Counted from the first letter of the stretch, positions 28,452 to 38,075 are shown. The stretch is 64,000 bases of DNA from Deinococcales bacterium (GCA_031414595.1 JANNVX010000098.1:1-64000); one strand, 5' to 3'. The notes: generated by a model from the sequence alone, not told the origin. A program made the numbers and translations.

Positions 28452-29192
28452 ATGAATGATTTTATCGTAAAAACAAATGTGGCATATGGTCTCGAGACGA
28501 CTCGAGCGCACCTACTTGACATCATGCGTCCAGACTTGAGTACCGCCCTACCTGTAGTGATTCATTTTCATGGGGGTGGCTGGCATATGTTTGGTAAGCA
28601 CCCACCCGAAACCGAATTTCTTGCCCATACAGGTTTTTGTGTGGTCAGTGCCAATTATCGCTATGCCCAAGAAGCATTTTTTCCTGCTCAGTTTGAAGAT
28701 GCCAAAGCCGTGGTGCGATTCCTGCGTGCAAATGCCACTCAATTCAACATTGACCCAACTCGAGTCTACGCTTGGGGAATTTCGGCAGGAGCGCACATTG
28801 CAGCACTGCTTGGCTCGGATGTCCCCAGTAATCTGAAAGCCGTGGCTTGTATTTGCCCACCAACCGATTTGAGTAACGCAGTAGATTGGGCGCTCGAGTA
28901 TGCGGATACAGCTTTTGGGTTTTTGCTTGATGCAAGGGCGGATACACACCCAGAACTTGCCAGAGCCGCCAGCCCATTACACCAAGTCTCGAGCCAGTCT
29001 GCGCCAACTTTAATTGTGCATGGGGCATTGGATACACTTGTGCCGATTGCCCAAGCCAAGGCTTTAGAGGCTGCCTTTGATCAAGCAGGTGTACAAAGTC
29101 GTTTGGTGGTGATTCCCGAGGGCGACCATTTTATTAACGAAACCCACATGCCACTCATTCAAGCAGAAATCCTCGAGTTTTTTAGACCCTGA
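28452..29192 (+). CDS. Alpha/beta hydrolase (esterase/lipase, HGGG type)
   Basis: HFHGGGW, WGISAGAH, IVHG..D.LVP and EGDH. Confidence 0.9.
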   Translation: MNDFIVKTNVAYGLETTRAHLLDIMRPDLSTALPVVIHFHGGGWHMFGKHPPETEFLAHTGFCVVSANYRYAQEAFFPAQFEDAKAVVRFLRANATQFNIDPTRVYAWGISAGAHIAALLGSDVPSNLKAVACICPPTDLSNAVDWALEYADTAFGFLLDARADTHPELARAASPLHQVSSQSAPTLIVHGALDTLVPIAQAKALEAAFDQAGVQSRLVVIPEGDHFINETHMPLIQAEILEFFRP

Positions 29193-29303
29193 TGCCCTTG
29201 CGCCAACCCTCGAGATGCACCGTGACCATAAAACGCATCACAATCTCGAGAATGTGGTGTTAGCGAAAAGTCGGACTGGAATCTGGCGAGGATTGGTGTT
29301 ACA

Positions 29304-30710
29304 TCAGTTGAGGGTTCTCGAGATTGTGCCACTTGGCGCAATTAACTGCCTTGCTCGGTCAATGTAGCCTTCTAAGGTAATTGCCCATTCGTCGGCGGCA
29401 TCCAAATGCGGCAAGGCAAGGCTGGCATGGTGCAGAATTCGCTCTGGGGAACGCCAACCAAGTTGCACCAAGGTATCGGCGGTCATCTGATTGGCAATCA
29501 CCCAATCACGGCTGGCTTCGGTTGCGTGTTCTAATGCCCGGGCATAATGATCCAGTGCGTCGTCTAAGCGGTAATACTCGTAGGCAATGTTTGCCAGTAA
29601 TAAACTGGCGGGAACAATGGCATCCATCTCGAGGGCGATTCGGGCTTGGCGTTCAGCGCTGTCAAATTCTCCAAGGCGGTACTCGAGTTCGGCAAGGTCG
29701 GCGTGAAGCTCGGCTTTATGTGGATAGCTCGGTTCAAGTAAAGCACGGCTTAAACTGTGGCGCGATTCATCAGGTAAACCCGCATCCATTTGGGCTAAAC
29801 CAAGTTCATGCAGGGCAAAACCCCTATCAGGTTCTTCGGATAAAGTAACGGCTCGTTCAAAGGCTGGTATTGCCAAAGTCCAATCTTCTAAGGCGGCTAG
29901 ACTTTGCGCCATCACTAACGCCACTGGAAAACTGGCTTCGCCAACACTGGTCTCGAGTTGCACCGCTAACTCAGAGCGCTCCTTGGCTAAACGCGGATTC
30001 TCGAGCATCAGGTGCGCTCTGGCTTCAAGGTGCAAACGGGCGGCAGCATCAAGCGGGGTTTCTAAGCCTAGAACTGCTGCGTGGCTTTCTTTTAGGGCAA
30101 TCAGGGCTTCGTGCGGTTCTTCTAAGTCGAGTAGCATCGCGGCTTTATCTTGTAACAATGCAGCTTTGTCCGAACCACTCGCCCCTTGCGCTGCATGATG
30201 ATAGGCAAGGCTGGCATCACGCCAACGCCCAAGTTCTTCTAACGCCCCACCGCGCCAAGACCACGCCCGCCATTGCAAAAACACAGGTAAATCGGAGACC
30301 GACTCGAGAACACTTAAACCGAGTTCAGATTCACCAAGGGCAATTAAGGCACTGCCCGCATAGAACCGCGCCACACTGCTGCCACTAGCGGCGGCTCGAG
30401 CCGCTTGGATGGCTTTGAGACGTGGTTCATCGGAACTTGGAAACTCTTCAAAAGTAAAAGCAAAACGATTGGCATTTAGTGCCAAAAACAAGGCATCTGA
30501 CTTTAATTCTGGATTATAAAAAACCGCTTGGTCAAGACTGGTGGCTAGACCATCCATCCCACCGACACCGAACAAGGCATAAACAGATGCCAACTCGAGC
30601 GCCAAAGCAGCTTGCTGGCGTGGGTCATGGGAACGCTGTAAAGCAGCTTGAAGCAACGAAAAAGCCGTTTCAAAATCATTGTGTTCTAAAGCCAGACTGA
30701 CTTCGTTCAT
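29304..30710 (-). CDS. TPR-repeat protein
   Basis: Ala/Leu-rich helical repeats such as G.ALEELGRW.DA..AY and LA.IAYEYYRLDDAL.HY..A. Confidence 0.8.
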   Translation of the reverse strand: MNEVSLALEHNDFETAFSLLQAALQRSHDPRQQAALALELASVYALFGVGGMDGLATSLDQAVFYNPELKSDALFLALNANRFAFTFEEFPSSDEPRLKAIQAARAAASGSSVARFYAGSALIALGESELGLSVLESVSDLPVFLQWRAWSWRGGALEELGRWRDASLAYHHAAQGASGSDKAALLQDKAAMLLDLEEPHEALIALKESHAAVLGLETPLDAAARLHLEARAHLMLENPRLAKERSELAVQLETSVGEASFPVALVMAQSLAALEDWTLAIPAFERAVTLSEEPDRGFALHELGLAQMDAGLPDESRHSLSRALLEPSYPHKAELHADLAELEYRLGEFDSAERQARIALEMDAIVPASLLLANIAYEYYRLDDALDHYARALEHATEASRDWVIANQMTADTLVQLGWRSPERILHHASLALPHLDAADEWAITLEGYIDRARQLIAPSGTISRTLN

Positions 30711-30733
30711 GCGAGCCAGAGAATACCAAGTTC

Positions 30734-30782
30734 TCGAGGGAAAGTGATACCGACCTTTCGAGGAAGAGTGATACCGACCTTT
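30734..30782. repeat. 24-bp-period tandem duplication (TCGAGG...AGTGATACCGACCTTT)
   Basis: A 16-nt exact core at 30743 and 30767. Confidence 0.85.
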
Positions 30783-30811
30783 GCTAAAACACTTCTGACC
30801 TAGGGATGCAA

Positions 30812-31486
30812 CTAAGTTTGGTCGAGTTCTAAGCGCACCACAGGTTTAGGAATTTGTTGCACCCGAGCATAGTACGAACCCATTAAACGCCACATCACAA
30901 TCATTAAGCCAGCAAATGGCAACAACAACCACTCGAGACCCGTGTTGCCACCCGCACCAAGCAACAAAAAGTTAAAAACCGTGTGCATTAAAGCCGCCAG
31001 CAACCAGCCGCGCCTGAGCAGAAAACGCCCGGTGCTAAAACGCCGTAAACTCATGGCGTAGCCCCAAGCGCCAGCAAAAAGAATATGCCCAAGCGTAGAA
31101 ATCGGACCGCGAACCAAAATTAAACTTGCGCCATGCTCGAGTAAATAAAAGGCATTCTCGAGCGTCGCAAAACCAAGCGCGGCAGCCGTGGCATAAATCA
31201 AACCATCTATCGGTTCATCAAATTCATGGCGTTTAGCCACCGATAAAGCCGCTAGTAATTTACAACCTTCTTCAATAATCCCGACAAACAAAAACATCGC
31301 TGTTACCCCGAAAGCACTCGAGATTCCAAGCTCTAAGAGTGCGGCTGGAATGACCATTGCCATGCCCCAAGCAAAGGTTCGCAGCAGTAACCAAGTTGGT
31401 TCAGGGTTATAGTCACGGCGTGCAAAGAACCAAAACCAGAACAAGGCTGGCGCAAGAGCCAAGGCAAACAGGGCTGCAAAGTTCAT
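30812..31486 (-). CDS. PrsW-family intramembrane metalloprotease
   Basis: EP..LL, IIEEGCK, DGLIYATAAALGFATLENAFY, GHILF and HTVFN. Confidence 0.9.
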   Translation of the reverse strand: MNFAALFALALAPALFWFWFFARRDYNPEPTWLLLRTFAWGMAMVIPAALLELGISSAFGVTAMFLFVGIIEEGCKLLAALSVAKRHEFDEPIDGLIYATAAALGFATLENAFYLLEHGASLILVRGPISTLGHILFAGAWGYAMSLRRFSTGRFLLRRGWLLAALMHTVFNFLLLGAGGNTGLEWLLLPFAGLMIVMWRLMGSYYARVQQIPKPVVRLELDQT

Positions 31487-31580
31487 ATTCTTGCCTCGAG
31501 TCTCACATGGCGCAGTCTACTACCAAGTTGAAATCAAAAACAGAACCGCCGAAAAACTGCTATGCTACTTTGGGGATGTT

Positions 31581-31778
31581 GTGACTAAAAATAAACAAGC
31601 CAAGAAAGTCATTGCCAAATTGCGAGAAAGGATTGCCGAACATGAATCTAAACTTCAAAACCAACCAAACAGCCGAGATTCCACGCACTGGCAAACCGAA
31701 ATTGACGCGTGGCAAGAAACCATCGCTCGGCGTGAAAAGCGACTTCCAAAAAAGCAACGAAGCAATTCTCGAGACTAG
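31581..31778 (+). CDS. Small basic coiled-coil protein
   Basis: GTG start; KKVIAKLRERIAEHESKL...HWQTEIDAWQETIARREKRL. Confidence 0.55.
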   Translation: MTKNKQAKKVIAKLRERIAEHESKLQNQPNSRDSTHWQTEIDAWQETIARREKRLPKKQRSNSRD

Positions 31779-31965
31779 CTCAGCCTTGTGGCAAGAGTTA
31801 TTCACAGAATTTGAGGCACTGCAAAAATACTATGTTTTGGCTCAGTCCTCGAGTTGGGAAGATGCAAAGGCGAGCGACCTTCATGCAGAACTACTGACTT
31901 CACTATCGCATATTGCAGTGCATAGCCAAACCCTTTTTGATAGCGAAATGGATGCCCTCGAGTAA
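31732..31965 (+). CDS. Small acidic helical protein overlapping the upstream gene (start uncertain)
   Basis: Open frame to 31965 (..LWQELFTEFEALQ...AELLTSLSHIAVHS..), followed by a terminator. Confidence 0.45.
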   Translation: MKSDFQKSNEAILETSSALWQELFTEFEALQKYYVLAQSSSWEDAKASDLHAELLTSLSHIAVHSQTLFDSEMDALE

Positions 31966-31999
31966 TTAAAAGCCCTTGTTCGAGTAGAGGCTTTTAATT
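31964..31999. terminator. Bidirectional terminator
   Basis: AATTAAAAGCC/GGCTTTTAATT inverted repeat between convergent genes. Confidence 0.75.
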
Positions 32000-33334
32000 T
32001 CTAACAACGATTTGTTGAAGACGAGGACGTTGAAGAAGTATTTCTGGGGATTGGATTGGTTGGGGACTGCTTATGGTATCTAAGCCCTGCACCACCCGCA
32101 CTGCCTTCTCGAGCATGATGTCCCGCGCACTGGTCTCGAGCGCATCGTAATCCTCGGGTTGTACAAAATTAGGGGTGACTTTAGGGGGCAAAGCAGCACC
32201 GTTTAAGTCCAAAGTGCGAACTGTGGTGATCGTCAGACCACTGCCATCGAGTAAAGGAAAAGTCAGTGTGCCAGTGTTGAGGATGCCGTAAGTTGGTTCG
32301 CCAATAATTGCGCCACGTTTAGCACTTTGCAGTAAGGCTGGGGTAATTTCGGCACAACTGGCACTTTGTTTATCCACCAGCACCGCTACATTGCCTGTAA
32401 AATTAGCCACTTCAGAGACCGAAGCTCGAGCGCCCGTTGAACCAGTCACCACGCCATTGTTATAGACATATTGCTCACGCTTGGTTTTGCCTTCAAAGAT
32501 TACGCCAGTTCGTCCCATCAATGCCCCAGACACACTGAGGCAATTGGTGGCAGCCCCACCCGCGTTACTGCGAAGGTCAAGCACCAGACTTTTTGCGCCG
32601 TTTTTAATCGCTTGGTTAATCAGTTTGTGGGTCTGGTCAGCCACTTGCGGTGGTACATAATCTGGAATCCGAATCACTGCCACGCTTAAAGGAACACCGA
32701 CTGGTTTTTGCAGACTCGGTAAGCGCGGCACAGTTGCCAGTTTACCTATGGCTTTGATTTCGCGGTTTTGCCCAGCCCGCCGCACGGTCATGCTAAATTC
32801 ACGACCACTGCGAACTTCGTCGCGTAACGCCAAACTGCTTTGGTCGTCGCCAACAGGTAAGGGCTTACCGTTCAGTGCCACAATCATGTCGCCTCGAGTT
32901 AAACCGACGCTTTCGGCTGCCATATTTGGTGCAACATCGGTGATTAAGCGCCCGTTACTTTTTGTGCGGTAAACACTGACAATCCCCAGAACTGGGAAAC
33001 TTCCACCTTGTCCAGTGCGAGCGCGTTGTGATTCGGTAAATTGGGCGGGATTCTCAAAAAAAGTATGCGGGTCTTCGAGTTGGTCAAGCATTTTAGCGAT
33101 AATCGGATGCGCCACACTGCCCGCACACGCCGAACCAAGACTCGAGCAGGCTTTTTGCAAGTCGCTTCTGCCTGCGGCGAGTACATTATTTAACTTCTCG
33201 AGTGAAAAACCATAGTATTGCTCGAGTAAAAGCGAACTGGTCTGCTCAAAAACCTGTTCCGCCAGACTGTTTCCTTTCGGGGCTGGAGCGCAAGCTGATA
33301 ATGCCAGAAGACCAATCAGAGCCATTCTTTTCAT
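31994..33334 (-). CDS. S41 family (CtpA-like) peptidase lipoprotein with PDZ domain
   Basis: Lipobox LSAC; LEDPHT, GD.IVALNG, LVLDLRSNAGG, SASCAE and IGEPTYG. ATG 33334 with TAGGCT 7 nt upstream. Confidence 0.88.
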   Translation of the reverse strand: MKRMALIGLLALSACAPAPKGNSLAEQVFEQTSSLLLEQYYGFSLEKLNNVLAAGRSDLQKACSSLGSACAGSVAHPIIAKMLDQLEDPHTFFENPAQFTESQRARTGQGGSFPVLGIVSVYRTKSNGRLITDVAPNMAAESVGLTRGDMIVALNGKPLPVGDDQSSLALRDEVRSGREFSMTVRRAGQNREIKAIGKLATVPRLPSLQKPVGVPLSVAVIRIPDYVPPQVADQTHKLINQAIKNGAKSLVLDLRSNAGGAATNCLSVSGALMGRTGVIFEGKTKREQYVYNNGVVTGSTGARASVSEVANFTGNVAVLVDKQSASCAEITPALLQSAKRGAIIGEPTYGILNTGTLTFPLLDGSGLTITTVRTLDLNGAALPPKVTPNFVQPEDYDALETSARDIMLEKAVRVVQGLDTISSPQPIQSPEILLQRPRLQQIVVRN

Positions 33335-33385
33335 ACTCGGTAGCCTAGCAGATTTTGTAACGCCACTGGTGCTATTGTAGTTGGT

Positions 33386-34105
33386 ATGTACCAAAAAGAC
33401 CTTCGGGCGCTTGACGCACTCGAGTTACTGCCGCGTGTGATTCATGATGCCGATGAAGTCGTTCCAACTTTTAAGGCACTGAATGCCGAGTTAAGTGGAC
33501 CACTTTGGGCAGAAGCCCCAGCCAATTGGCTGGGCAGGGTCACAGCTAGGGCAGAAGATGCCCTTGGCAGCATTTACCTTGTGCCGCCGTTTAAGATGAA
33601 ACGCTTGATGCCCTTAATGCGCCAAATGCAGGAATACGGTGTGATTGCCGCAGGGATTGACTTTGCAATGCTCGAGAATGCCGCCGAGACCCGCCCACGT
33701 AGCGCCGCCGAATTGGGCGAACTGAAAGCCGCCGCCGGCGTGCCTTTTGTGATTGCGGGAATCCTTGACCCACGCGATGCTGAATTGGTAGCCGAAGCGG
33801 GGGCAGATGCGATTATTGGTTGCTCGAGCCTGAGCAGTATTATTGGTGGTCCGAGTCTGCCAAGTTTGGTGGCTGACATCCGCGATGCCATCGGCGACAC
33901 GCTGCTTTTTGCTCGCGGCGGTTTACGCAGTGGTTCGGATGTGTTGCGCTACATTGCGCTTGGTGCGGATGCAGTGGTTGTCCCCGGTAGCCTCAATCCA
34001 CACCGGATTCTCGAGGAGTTTGTGCAAGGAATGCGCTGGAGTGGCTGCTCGAGCCTCGCTGAAATCAATTACGACCTGATTTTTCAACCGATGTTTACCG
34101 ATTGA
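33386..34105 (+). CDS. Short FMN-dependent alpha-hydroxy-acid dehydrogenase-like protein
   Basis: LLPRV, P.VIAGILDPRDA..VAEAGADAI and GGLRSGSDVLRYIALGADAV. Confidence 0.65.
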   Translation: MYQKDLRALDALELLPRVIHDADEVVPTFKALNAELSGPLWAEAPANWLGRVTARAEDALGSIYLVPPFKMKRLMPLMRQMQEYGVIAAGIDFAMLENAAETRPRSAAELGELKAAAGVPFVIAGILDPRDAELVAEAGADAIIGCSSLSSIIGGPSLPSLVADIRDAIGDTLLFARGGLRSGSDVLRYIALGADAVVVPGSLNPHRILEEFVQGMRWSGCSSLAEINYDLIFQPMFTD

Positions 34106-34269
34106 GTTGCAGATTTTGACTTTATCGTTTTTTCTGATAACACCGTAATTGCACCTGACTTGTATGTGACGTGAGTTTTCACCCAAGATATTGTATGCTG
34201 CATCCTACAGGGGGTAAACCTTTCTTAGTGCATAAGGGTGAATCTTCCTCATCACAAATGGTATTTTGA

Positions 34270-36036
34270 ATGCAGACTTTTTCCCAATATGCCGCAACTC
34301 GTTTGCTGCTTGAGCATCCGGCTCGAGCGCAAGTCTTTGGTGGCATTGCCTTAAAAACAGGTAACATCCAAACTTTTGCAGGTATTGATTTGATTACTGG
34401 GATGCCAGTCTTTATTTACACCATGCCCGAAAAACCCAGTGCGATTGCCGAGGTCTACAGCGAGCATATTCCCAGTGTTCTTGAAATCGGCTTTGAGCAT
34501 GAGCTTGGTTTTGTGATTACCAGCAGCGCCCCGGGCTACAACCCAATTAAACCCATTTTGACCAAACAACGTCTTGAATGGTTGGTTCGTGCCAGCAGTC
34601 GCGCCTTAGCCGATGCCCACAGCGTTGGGCTAACCCATGGCAATCTTGAACCAAGTCATTTTTTTGCTTGCGGCGACCATCTGTTGATCGAGGGTTGGGG
34701 TTTACCTTGGGGTAAAGCCAATCCCGATTATCAAGCCCCAGAAACCAACATCAGTCTTGCTACTGACATGTTTGCTTGGGCAAGAAGCATCACCATGTTT
34801 GGCAAAGGCAAACCGCGTTTAATGCTCGAGGGTGAATTTGGGCGTTTAATTGGTCATTGCCTGAACCCACGTCCAAGCGAGCGTCCAACTGCCCAAGAAT
34901 TGGTTTTGGCACTCGAGCAAGTGCTGCCACCACGCCAACCAACCCATCCAGACATTGTAGAAACTGCCTTGGAATTATCAGCCACCGAATTCTTAGAAAC
35001 CGAAACCAACACCAGCAATCCAATTAAGCGCACCAAAGCCCTGAAAATTCCCGAAAAAGTGCTACCTCAAGCCGAACCAAGTCTTAAGCCCAGCAAGCCA
35101 GAATTACCAACGCTCCATGTCCCAGAGTTGCCAACGCTCCATGTCCCAGAATTACCACAACCAGAGCGCACGCCCGAAGCGGTTTTTGTGCAAACCAGCC
35201 CAGAACACGAATCAGATTTGGATTCCCCAGAAGCCAAATTAGACGCTATTGAAGCCGAACTATCCTTAAAAACAACCGAGCCTGAATGGGTCAAACCAGA
35301 ACTTGAGTCTCAGCCCGAACCAGAACCAAAACTCGAGCCACAACCAGAACTCGAGCCACAACCACAACCAGAACTCCAGCCCGAACCAGAAGAAGCCCAA
35401 GCCCTCGAGCCAGCCCGAACCGAATTACCACTAGAACTCGAGCCTAAAGCCAACCTAAGCCACCCAGAAATACCAGCCCAACTCAGTGAACCCGAACACC
35501 TCGCGGCTGACGAACCCGATGTCCAACTGCCAATTCGTCCCTCGAGCCGTATCAATGATGATTCTGACGCAGATGCACCACGCCCAGCCATTCGTATTGG
35601 TTTTGATGAAGAAGACCAAAGTTGGCGCAGTGTCGTCACACCCAAAAAATCACCACCCAAAGTAGGGCGTTTGATTATTATCGCAGTGCTTATTGGGGCT
35701 TTAATTGTGATTGGTGGCATTCTGCTCAGTCAACCCAGACCTCCAAATAATCCCAATCCGCAGCCTTTAGCGGTTCAAGGCGACACTTCAAGTGGCAGTG
35801 TGGTGCAATTTGTGATACCGGGTAACACCACCATTAAAGGGCGTTTGATTATTGTTAGCGCCCCCCAAGAAAGCCAACTGGCAGTTGGGGCATTGCTGGC
35901 AACTGTGCCGGGTCCTGTAGCCTTTCCAGTGGCTGGAGAATACAAAGTTCGGATTGAAATACCAAAGTACGCCCCAAGCGAAGTGCTGGTGCGCGTACCT
36001 CAAGAAACCCAAGTCACCCTTGAATTACCACGTTAG
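34270..36036 (+). CDS. Membrane-anchored Ser/Thr kinase-like (probable pseudokinase) protein with Pro/Glu-rich linker
   Basis: ALADAHSVGLTHGNLEP, YQAPE, TDMFAW and CLNPRPSERPTAQEL; acidic repeats; one TM segment; small C-terminal beta domain. Confidence 0.7.
   Translation: MQTFSQYAATRLLLEHPARAQVFGGIALKTGNIQTFAGIDLITGMPVFIYTMPEKPSAIAEVYSEHIPSVLEIGFEHELGFVITSSAPGYNPIKPILTKQRLEWLVRASSRALADAHSVGLTHGNLEPSHFFACGDHLLIEGWGLPWGKANPDYQAPETNISLATDMFAWARSITMFGKGKPRLMLEGEFGRLIGHCLNPRPSERPTAQELVLALEQVLPPRQPTHPDIVETALELSATEFLETETNTSNPIKRTKALKIPEKVLPQAEPSLKPSKPELPTLHVPELPTLHVPELPQPERTPEAVFVQTSPEHESDLDSPEAKLDAIEAELSLKTTEPEWVKPELESQPEPEPKLEPQPELEPQPQPELQPEPEEAQALEPARTELPLELEPKANLSHPEIPAQLSEPEHLAADEPDVQLPIRPSSRINDDSDADAPRPAIRIGFDEEDQSWRSVVTPKKSPPKVGRLIIIAVLIGALIVIGGILLSQPRPPNNPNPQPLAVQGDTSSGSVVQFVIPGNTTIKGRLIIVSAPQESQLAVGALLATVPGPVAFPVAGEYKVRIEIPKYAPSEVLVRVPQETQVTLELPR
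35098..35157 (+). repeat. In-frame 24-bp repeat encoding PELPTLHV, about 2.5 copies
   Basis: Units at 35098, 35122 and partial 35146; EPQPEL-type repeats follow near 35310-35390. Confidence 0.85.
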
Positions 36037-36054
36037 GCTCGAGTGGGCTAAGAT

Positions 36055-36663
36055 TTACTCGAGACTGTTTAAGGATTCAACCAATTGATAGACCAAAGTC
36101 ACAGGATTATGTTCGGCGGGTGAATTGGAGACATGGTTCTGCTCGAGTTTTTTAGCGTTTCTAATGGCGATACTTTGTAAAGATAAAAGTGTTCCGTACA
36201 TATTGAGATCGTTTTTTTGATACTCAGTTCCAAGGTATTTGCTCAGTTCTTTTTTGTAACTTGTACGTGATGAAGGGGTATCGGAATACCGAAAATGCAA
36301 AAGATACCAAAGTTCAAATGCCTCGTTGCTGTAGGCAACCTTGATGTTTTTGGCTCGAGCTTTTTGAATAGCGGTATTAAATTGCTCAGATGTAAAACTA
36401 TCCTTATCAAATACGCACCAAGCCTCGTCATACACGGCATAATCATCTAATTTACACAATCTGGCAGCATATTCGACAATACTTTTGGTATTCATACCTG
36501 TCCCTAAAACCAGAAACTCTTCTACTCTTGCACCTCTGCGAAAAGCCTCAAAATAGTTTTTTTCTGTTTTTTCACCTTCACAAAAGATTAAATACGTTGT
36601 TCTTGTTGACTTAAAGGGTTCTTTGCGCCCTCGAGAAAATTTGGCTTTTGCGTGTCGAGCCAT
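36055..36663 (-). CDS. rloB: RloB family protein
   Basis: YLIFCEGEKTEKNYF, WCVFDKD, AYSNEAFELWYLLHF and NP.T.VY.LVE.L. Confidence 0.9.
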   Translation of the reverse strand: MARHAKAKFSRGRKEPFKSTRTTYLIFCEGEKTEKNYFEAFRRGARVEEFLVLGTGMNTKSIVEYAARLCKLDDYAVYDEAWCVFDKDSFTSEQFNTAIQKARAKNIKVAYSNEAFELWYLLHFRYSDTPSSRTSYKKELSKYLGTEYQKNDLNMYGTLLSLQSIAIRNAKKLEQNHVSNSPAEHNPVTLVYQLVESLNSLE

Positions 36664-36664
36664 A

Positions 36665-37951
36665 TCAGAACCTCAAATTCCCAAGGTATGGAATTGCTCC
36701 GTATTTACCAATCAGATAGTTTTTTTCGTACAACTCGTCGGTACGGACATTTTTACCTTGAGGCTTGAAATCATAAAGCGAATACATCTGGGTTGCGCCC
36801 AATTTATCTTTTTCGGCAAACCAAATTTGGTCACGCCTAAACAACTCTGAGGTCAGCAAATTCGTATCATGAGTTGTAAAAATAAGCTGTGAGCAATGTC
36901 CAGAACCAGTGTTCGAGTGAAACATTTTAATAAGTGCAGTTGTTAGTAAGGGGTGGAGTTTTGCGTCAAGTTCATCAATAATAAAAATCCTTTGATTTTC
37001 TAAGCCCTCGAGAAAAGCAGGAGCAAAATTAAATAATTTTTTTGTTCCTTCAGATTCATATTCGGATAAGTCAACCATCTCAGAACCAATTAAGTTACCA
37101 TCCGATGAAAATTTGTTGTGTTGCGTAATTGCCTGATAAATTGGTAAGTCTTTGACTCCCCCACGCATTTCACGTGGGAATCCACTAAAAAATATGCGAT
37201 CTCTGCGTTCTGAATCCAACCTTATTTCCACAGTAATATCCTGAATTGAAAGGTCTAATTCCTTTATAAAATCACTCACTTTTTTTCTTACTGCTTCATC
37301 TGTGATTGCTTGAGCGGCTAATAAACTTTGGGCTTGGTCAGCAGTGCCATCTAAAATTTGAATGCCCCTAAACCAATTGATAATGAGTCTCGAGATTTCT
37401 CCGTTAAATTGTGCAACTGTTGCCAAGAATAAGGCATTTTCTCGAGTCTTATCTGCTATATTTTCGCCTTCAGTGAATTTCTTTTTAATGTCGAATTTCA
37501 GTTCATTTCTCTCAAATAAGCAATTTTCTCTTGAAGCGCTTTTGACATAAAGCCATTCTTCAATCACTTTTTTGTTGGTAACGCTAAAGCCATAGCGATA
37601 AGTATTCTTGTCCGACGCAAAAAAAATAATTTCAAACGATGATGGTCTTTCCCCAAAACCTTCAATAAAACGAAATGTTGAGACATCAATGTTGTCGCCT
37701 ATTTGCATTGCCGAGGAACGCAAAACAAAATTTCGCATAAAACGAAGCGCTTGTACAAAATTGCTTTTTCCGCTTGCATTTGCGCCGTATAAAATAGCAG
37801 ATTTTAGTAATTTTGTGTTTGGTATCTCAAACTGATTTTCAATATCAACAGACATTTTTTTAGCCCGTTTTGAGGTGGGGGCTGCTTCCATTGAAAAATT
37901 GATTTCATTGGCAATGGAACGAAAATTACCAACAGTAAATTGAATGAGCAT
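36665..37951 (-). CDS. RloA-like AAA/ABC ATPase (AAA_21/AbiEii type)
   Basis: F.VGNFRSI, LYGANASGKSN, ESEGTKK, IDELDAKLHP, QLIFTTH, RRDQIWF and YLIGKYGAIP. Confidence 0.9.
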   Translation of the reverse strand: MLIQFTVGNFRSIANEINFSMEAAPTSKRAKKMSVDIENQFEIPNTKLLKSAILYGANASGKSNFVQALRFMRNFVLRSSAMQIGDNIDVSTFRFIEGFGERPSSFEIIFFASDKNTYRYGFSVTNKKVIEEWLYVKSASRENCLFERNELKFDIKKKFTEGENIADKTRENALFLATVAQFNGEISRLIINWFRGIQILDGTADQAQSLLAAQAITDEAVRKKVSDFIKELDLSIQDITVEIRLDSERRDRIFFSGFPREMRGGVKDLPIYQAITQHNKFSSDGNLIGSEMVDLSEYESEGTKKLFNFAPAFLEGLENQRIFIIDELDAKLHPLLTTALIKMFHSNTGSGHCSQLIFTTHDTNLLTSELFRRDQIWFAEKDKLGATQMYSLYDFKPQGKNVRTDELYEKNYLIGKYGAIPYLGNLRF

Positions 37952-37971
37952 AATTTCACCTACTTAATCGA

Positions 37972-37998
37972 GTTTTTGGTGAAATTTTCACCAAAAAC
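37972..37998. promoter_or_regulatory. Perfect 13-bp-arm palindrome, candidate operator of rloAB
   Basis: GTTTTTGGTGAAA-T-TTTCACCAAAAAC, between a minus-strand TATGAT box and the SD/ATG at 37951. Confidence 0.6.
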
Positions 37999-38075
37999 AG
38001 TGTATCATAATTTTGGCATCATATATGCGCTTGAAGTTTGCAAATGTCAAAGCATGGTTGTCTTATACTGAACCG

